Shown here piece after piece: positions 58,317-64,000 of a stretch of DNA of 64,000 bases (position 1 is the stretch's first letter; every line of letters starts with the position of its first letter). This DNA comes from Sedimentisphaerales bacterium. Lineage in GTDB: Bacteria; Planctomycetota; Phycisphaerae; Sedimentisphaerales; Anaerobacaceae. Both the position numbers and the translations under genes were made by a program. The stretch is from assembly GCA_963708075.1 (NCBI GenBank), contig OY970194.1, forward strand, positions 3,424,001 to 3,488,000, given 5' to 3'. The notes under the pieces were generated by a model. It did no database searches. It worked only from the letters and a program-made list of their open reading frames with translations, and was not told the origin of the DNA.

Positions 58317-58905
58317 TCAGCATGTCCCATGTCGCCGCAGCCGGCCGATGAGAACCTGTGCCGATGGCGGCGAGGAAAATGGCGACGGGGATGGGAGCCT
58401 CGTTGTCCGGCCCGATGCGGGCGACAGGGTGCAAGGCCTCGGCCGCATCGAGATCGTAGCCCGGATGCTCGCCATCGTCATCCAGCCCCACGAACTTCAG
58501 ATAATTCACGTAGCCCAGCGTCGGGTAATCGGCCAGGTCGAATTCGACCGTGCGACTGATAGTCCCCAAGTGGACATACGTCACGTTGTCCTCTCCGGCA
58601 AAGACATCGACGGTGGCCGGACAATTGTACAACTCGCGGATCGCCAGGTCCGCCCCGGGGCCGTCGCCCGCGCTGTTGTCGGTGAACGCGAGGACGAGGG
58701 TTTCGGGAACATCGATGGAGACGAATGTGTAGTTCTGCGGCCCGAGGGCATCGCCGGCGGGCCCGCCCATATCTGACGAGCCGATAGGCTGATCGAAGGA
58801 AACGACGGCATCCAGCCACGGCGTCCCCGCGGCCAGGCACAGCGAGCCGTTCAGCGCAACTGCCAGTGCGATGGATATCCTCACGATTCCCGCATTCGTA
58901 TTCAT
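58317..58905 (-). pseudogene. PEP-CTERM-like surface protein paralog A, +1 frameshift in the sorting signal
   Basis: GGAGG RBS and signal peptide; removing one T at 58353-58354 yields ...APIPVAIFLAAIGTGLIGRLRRHGTC*. Confidence 0.7.
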
Positions 58906-59335
58906 TCTCATTCCTCCCATGCTGTCTATGCAAACGGTGGAACCAGATTCCTCCCCGTGAAAGGCTCCCCTGGCTCGCCGCTCTGTTCGCCCGGCCATGA
59001 GCAGACTCCTGGGCAGGTTGTGAGGAATGGGCTGTTTGCCCACCCGCCCAAGATGTGCGCAGACTGTTCACCCCTGGCAGAATGGCACGGCTGATCCGGC
59101 CCGCCCGACGGACCGAACCAGGCAGGATGGAGAGATCTTGCCGTCTGTCTTCGCTGCTTACAACTTTCCCACCGTCGGCGCAACAGGTCAACTGGGGCAA
59201 ACGCGTATTTCCGCGTAAAGAAAATGCCTCCGCCTCAATCACTCCCCTGCCACCCGACGCAGGGGAATGATTAGGTTCTTTGCCTGCCGCAAGGCCGGTC
59301 ATCCACGATCGGTCGAGCGGAGGCCCGCGAAATGT

Positions 59336-59882
59336 TCATCGCGTTCTGTATCGCCGCAGCCAGCCGATGAGAACCCGTCCCGATGGCAGTGAGGAGAATC
59401 GCACCGTAGATGGGAATGCCGTCGTCCGGCCCGATGTGGACGGCGGGGTGCTCGCCATAATCGTCCAGACCCATGGACTTCGGGTAATTCACATAGCCCG
59501 AGGCTGGGCAATCCGCCAGATCAAATTCGACGGTCCGGCTGATTGTCCCCAGGTGGGTATACGTCACGTTGTTCTCGATGGCGTAGACATGGCCAATCAC
59601 AGGACAGTTGGACAACTCGTAGATCGCCAGATCCGCCCCGGGGCTCTCGCCGGCGGCGGTATCAGCGAAGGTCAGGACGAGGGCTTCGGGGGCATCGATG
59701 GAGGCAAACGTGTAGTCTGGCAGTCCCAGGGCATCGCCGGCTGGACCACAGGGATCTGACGAGCCGCGGAGATGATCGAAGGAAGTGACGGCATCCGGCC
59801 ATAGCGTCCTCGCGGCCAGGCACGGCGGCGCGCTCAGCACAACTCCCAATGCAATCGACATCCTCACGATCCCTGCATCCAT
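59336..59882 (-). pseudogene. PEP-CTERM-like surface protein paralog B, same +1 frameshift plus an internal deletion
   Basis: Collinear with paralog A; removing one T at 59372-59373 yields ...IPIYGAILLTAIGTGLIGWLRRYRTR*. Confidence 0.7.
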
Positions 59883-60277
59883 GTTTATTTCTCTAATGCA
59901 GGCGATGTCGAACGCCGGAACCGGGGTTCTTCCCGTGGAGGGCTCCTCCGGTTCGCCGCCCCGTTCGTCCGGCTGCAAGCCCAGTCCCAGGCATATTGCC
60001 CAGGGACAAGCTATTCGCCTTCCGTCCCGAGATGCGTACACATCCTTCATCGAAGGCAGAACTGCACGGCCCATCCATCCGGCCCGACGCGACCGGCCGG
60101 GCAAGGCGGAAGGACCTTGCTGTCTGCCTTCTCCATAAAGTATACAAATCTCGCACGATCCTCACACAGGACCAGATGGCGAAACGCGTACGTGTGCGAC
60201 TGAATTTCGTGGGGCAGATTCCGCTGACCGGGTGAGAAACCGTGCGTTTCGACGCGTATCCACCCAGGGCCAAGAGG

Positions 60278-60349
60278 GTCGTGCGGGGACGCACGACCTA
60301 CGAAGAGCGCCGACGGCTCCGAGCGTAGGGTGGGCGTCCTCGCCCGCCC
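60278..60349. repeat. GTAGG..GCGTCC(C/T)CGC REP pair; relatives at 24675-24698 and 63125-63226
   Basis: GTCGTGCGGGGACGCACGACCTAC ... GTAGGGTGGGCGTCCTCGCCCGCCC. Confidence 0.8.
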
Positions 60350-60893
60350 TGCGAAGCCATCGGGGCCCACGAAACTTAGTCGCACACACGCGTACTTCCT
60401 CGCAAAGGAAATGCCCCAGCCCCGGCACCGATACAGAGGAGTGACCAGTACTTCGACCCTCCCAATTTGGTGGGCGGTTTTCGGCCGTTTGGTCGGGCGC
60501 CATGCTTACGCTTGCATGAGCATGCCTTGCCCGGTCGGTGGAGCATGTCCATGCAAGCGTGGACATGGCGCCCGCTACCCACATTTTGAGACAGTCGGGG
60601 TGCCAGCCCCTTCGCCCGCCACGGGCCGGTTCTCCGCCGCCGATGAGTTGCACTTGCTAGCCTTGAATCTCTTGTGGGCCGGGTGGCCCCGCCAAGACCT
60701 GTTGTGTTCGTCCCAAGTTCTTGAGTTTTGGGTGGCAGCGGCAAGCGGCAGCTTGCCGATGGTTTGCCCATTCGCTATCGGCAAAGCCTTCGGCCTTGCC
60801 GCTGCCACACGAGAGATTGCCGCGTGCCGGAAGCACATTGTGGATAGAATGAGGCCTTTTCGCGGAGACGGAGACCGGATAGGCTCTACCGCC

Positions 60894-61730
60894 ATGATCG
60901 AGATTCGATCCATGACCGTAGCTGATCTGCCGCTCGGGCTGAAGTTGACCCGGCAGGCGGGGTGGAACCAGATCGAGTCGGACTGGCGCCGATTCATGGA
61001 CATGCAACCGCAGGGGTGTTTCATCGCCGAGCTGGATGGCGTGCCCGTGGCGACTACCGTCACGTGCATCTTCGGCCCCGTCGCCTGGATCGCCATGGTC
61101 CTGGTGGAGGTGACCGCCCGCCGCAAAGGCGTCGCCACGTCCCTGCTGAAACACGCCCTCGACTTCCTGGACAGCCATGGCGTGAGGACCGTCCGCCTGG
61201 ACGCCACCGCCGCCGGCCGACCCGTATACGAGAAGCTGGGATTCACCGCAGAGTACGCGCTGACCCGATACGAGGGAACCGCCCCGGCGGCAGAGGCACA
61301 GCCGGATATTGCGACGGCAGACGCGAGCCTATTCACCGGGATCGTCGCTCTCGATTGCCGGATGACGGGCACTCGCCGCGAGAAAATGCTCCTGCGGCTG
61401 TTCGAGGAATCGCCCGATGCGGTTCGAGTCCTGTGCCGGGCCGGCCGGGTGGAAGGGTTCGTCACCACCCGCCGCGGCGCCAACGCGTCTCACATCGGCC
61501 CGTGCATCGCGGCAGGCGACGCCGGCGCACCGCTGCTGAAGGACGCCCTGGCCCGCTGTGCCGGCGGGTCCGTGTTCATTGATGTTCCGCGAGACAACAC
61601 CGGCGCCCTGGAAGTGGTGGAAACAAGCGGCCTGAAAGCTCAACGCCACTTCACACGGATGTCCCGGGGCGACCGGATCATTGATTGCCCGCAAGCCATC
61701 TGGGCCGGCTCCGGCCCGGAAAAAGGATGA
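60894..61730 (+). CDS. GNAT family N-acetyltransferase (two-domain, YitH-like)
   Basis: WIAMVLV...RRKGVA, LDATAAGRPVYEKLGF and C-terminal GPEKG. Start ATG 60894. Confidence 0.9.
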   Translation: MIEIRSMTVADLPLGLKLTRQAGWNQIESDWRRFMDMQPQGCFIAELDGVPVATTVTCIFGPVAWIAMVLVEVTARRKGVATSLLKHALDFLDSHGVRTVRLDATAAGRPVYEKLGFTAEYALTRYEGTAPAAEAQPDIATADASLFTGIVALDCRMTGTRREKMLLRLFEESPDAVRVLCRAGRVEGFVTTRRGANASHIGPCIAAGDAGAPLLKDALARCAGGSVFIDVPRDNTGALEVVETSGLKAQRHFTRMSRGDRIIDCPQAIWAGSGPEKG

Positions 61731-61762
61731 TTCGATGCCGGCCGCCGTCCCTGGGGCCGGCG

Positions 61763-62903
61763 TCACTTGGCGGTGAAGATGTGCGGACTGGCCTTGTCGT
61801 TGTCCGGACTGTATTCGGGGCCATATCGCGTGGCCGCCTGTCGGCGCAAGTGGTCCATGATTGGCGGGAAATGAAGTGTTGGATTGATCCGCTTGTCCTG
61901 ATGGACGATCCGCAGGATTCTGTCCTTCTCCCACTCGTGCGGCTCGATCTCCAGTGTGATTGTGAAGCCGTACTGTTGCAGAAGGTCGAGATCGGGGACC
62001 GGAAAGGAGACCGGATGCACGTCGGGGCACTGGGCCATCTCCGGCACGAGCGTCGGTGTGACAAACCCGTCGTCCAGTCCGATATCGAAATTCCGTTTCT
62101 TCATATCGACAAATAGCGAGAAGTTGCCCGTGAACCATTTGCCCTTGACGGCGTCGCTCGCCTGCCGGGCCACGCCGACAGGCTGGATGCCGAGCTTGTC
62201 CATCTCCTCGTCCAGTACGATCTCCACGGCCTCGTTGTACGTGTGCTGCGTATCGCGCAGGGCACGCACCGCGAGGATCGTGCCGAGCACATTCGAGTAG
62301 GAATCCTCCCACGAAAATGCGGAATCATACTCCACCGGCAAGACGATGCACTTGAAGCCGTACCAGGTGAGGATCTCGTGCCAGGTGACGGTTGCATAGG
62401 TCAGATACGGGCCCGTGGCAAACGCAATCTCGCGGGCGATGGCGCTCCGCGTCTTCTTCGGCAGGCTGGCCCAGCCGTTGGGATAGGAGATGCGCACAAA
62501 GTTGTGTGAGCGGTCCACGGCGAGCTTGTATGTGAACTGAGAATCGCCCGCCATCAAATGCCTGTATGTCTCGGTGATCAGATAGGCTGTCCAGTCGGCG
62601 GCGATGCGTACATGAATGACATCCACGTGCCCCGCCGAGCAAGTATAGACGATGCCGTTCTTCTCGAATGGGGACCAGTGATACGCATGCGTGCCCAACT
62701 CGCGGCCGAGATATGGGGTGCCGATGATCGCGCACGGATACGTGCCGTAGCGAATCCTCGGCGGCGAGGAAAAGCCCTGGTAAATCGCCTGATCCGCCGA
62801 GCCCGATGTCGCCGCGTCGCGCAGCAAGCCGCAGCCGGATAGCGCCAATGTCGCCAGCAGCGCCGCCGAACACGTGCGCCCTGCAGATATTTCTCACTCT
62901 CAT
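61763..62903 (-). CDS. DUF4056-like lipoprotein; the likely true start (62903) is out of frame
   Basis: EKNGIVYTC.AGHVD..HVR..AD, WHEILTWYG and SAFSWED.YSN motifs; the lipobox LALSGC frame has no ATG before an upstream TGA. Confidence 0.7.
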
Positions 62904-63634
62904 ACCCCTGCCTCTGATCGGGCACGCATAGAGATGAAACGTCCATTCCTCGTTTGCCCTGCCAGTTTCCGTCCGATTGATTACCCAAAGAAAAGCGATC
63001 CGGCCTCCGTGCCGCTCATCATGAATTTCAGTGTATCACAAAGGCCCGAAAATGTCAACGCCACGGAGCGTCCGGCAGGTCCCCCGGGTGCGGCCGGCAT
63101 TCGGTGGCGAATTCAGATCTCCGCGTAGGACGAGCGTCCCCGCTCGTCCATTGTAGGGATTTGCCATCGACAGGGTGTGGTGCGGGGCCAGACGACAGGA
63201 GGGGCGAGCGGGGACGCTCACCCTACGAAGAGTGGCGCCAATCGCCACCGTATTCCGGCCGCACCCGGTCCCCCTACGTTGCGTGGCCATGCAGGCTCTC
63301 TCTGTCCTCCAAAGCCCAATTGAGGGGATGACAGAGGCCGTGCAAAGGACCATCGCCGGTCCTGGTGTCATGGCAGATCGATTATCGGACGCAGTCGCGG
63401 TGAGGCTCTCGTTGTTCTACACATCTTCTGGTTTGTCGTTGGCACCGGGGCCAAAGGTACTCAGTGCCCGCACCAGATTGCGCATCCATTACATACCCGA
63501 CTCGTAGGATGGGCTTTAGCCCATGCGGTTCTTGTGCTCCGGCAATTCCCAGACTGTCTGCATGGGCCATAGCCCATCTGTGTGCTGTTCCAAGATGTGT
63601 AGAGCAACCAGGGCGAGGCTCGCCGCCGCCACCT

Positions 63635-64000
63635 TCAACTCACAAGGAAGCGACCTGCCAGCAGGTAGGCGAGCGCAGAGATGATGGCGGCCGCGGGAAT
63701 GGTCAGAATCCAGGCCCAGATGATGTTGTAGGCGACGCCCCAGCGGACGGCGCTAAGCCGTCGCAGCGACCCGACGCCCATGATCGCTCCGGTGATCGTA
63801 TGCGTCGTGCTGACGGGAATGCCGAAGCCGGAAGAGATCGCCAGCGTCATGGCCGCACCGGATTCGGCGGAAAAGCCATCCACCGGTTTCAGTTTCGCTA
63901 CTTTCTGGCCCATCGTCTTGACGATTCGCCAGCCGCCGAACATGGTGCCTAACGCGATGGACGCATGGCAGAGGAGCACGACATATAGCGGGACGTGAAA
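63635..64000 (-). CDS. PiT family inorganic phosphate transporter (3' part; runs off the window)
   Basis: GGWRIVKTMG, GIPVSTTH, GAIMGVG, AVRWG and AWILTIP motifs. Confidence 0.93.
   Translation of the reverse strand, partial: FHVPLYVVLLCHASIALGTMFGGWRIVKTMGQKVAKLKPVDGFSAESGAAMTLAISSGFGIPVSTTHTITGAIMGVGSLRRLSAVRWGVAYNIIWAWILTIPAAAIISALAYLLAGRFLVS

Noticed and set aside
58920..59180. c-di-GMP riboswitch upstream of the PEP-CTERM-like paralogs
   Set aside because: Only a GGGCAAAC fragment is present; the GAAA-capped stem and GACGCAAAG core are missing.
60330..60893. N-terminal extension of the GNAT ORF
   Set aside because: Runs through palindromic repeats; the domain starts at ATG 60894.

Overview
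GC-rich bacterial chromosome segment, most consistent with Planctomycetota (Phycisphaerae/Sedimentisphaerales-like). This is inferred from the gene content: tandem clpP pair, PEP-CTERM-like VPAPG-tail proteins, a beta-helix/dockerin secreted protein and a short dcw cluster. The intact core genes are ygiQ, a lipid A/undecaprenyl modification cluster, pcm, tRNA-Gly(GCC)-tig-clpP-clpP, pgeF, an orphan DNA methyltransferase, lnt, mreBCD-mrdA, mraZ-(small ORF)-rsmH-LysM-ftsL-ftsI and proB. Intergenic DNA is crowded with several families of small palindromic repeats. Two putative mobilising genes are each flanked by their own repeat family: a RAYT transposase with GTAG REPs, and a GIY-YIG gene inside a perfect 30-bp inverted repeat. 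There is also a complete IS630 and an internally deleted IS200. The most unusual signals are: (i) a non-CRISPR interspaced array of nine AAACAAAGCCAAT-type repeats (40846-41764) whose spacers contain pieces of other repeat families, with a related unit inserted in frame in ygiQ; (ii) REP/heptamer insertions kept in frame inside ygiQ, the methyltransferase and lnt; (iii) two diverged paralogous PEP-CTERM-like genes sharing the same +1 frameshift in the sorting signal; (iv) two candidate ~110-120 nt structured RNAs; (v) a radical SAM/SPASM enzyme fused to a ~410-aa unrecognised domain; (vi) an unannotated small gene coupled to mraZ. All calls come from reading the sequence by eye; no searches were run.
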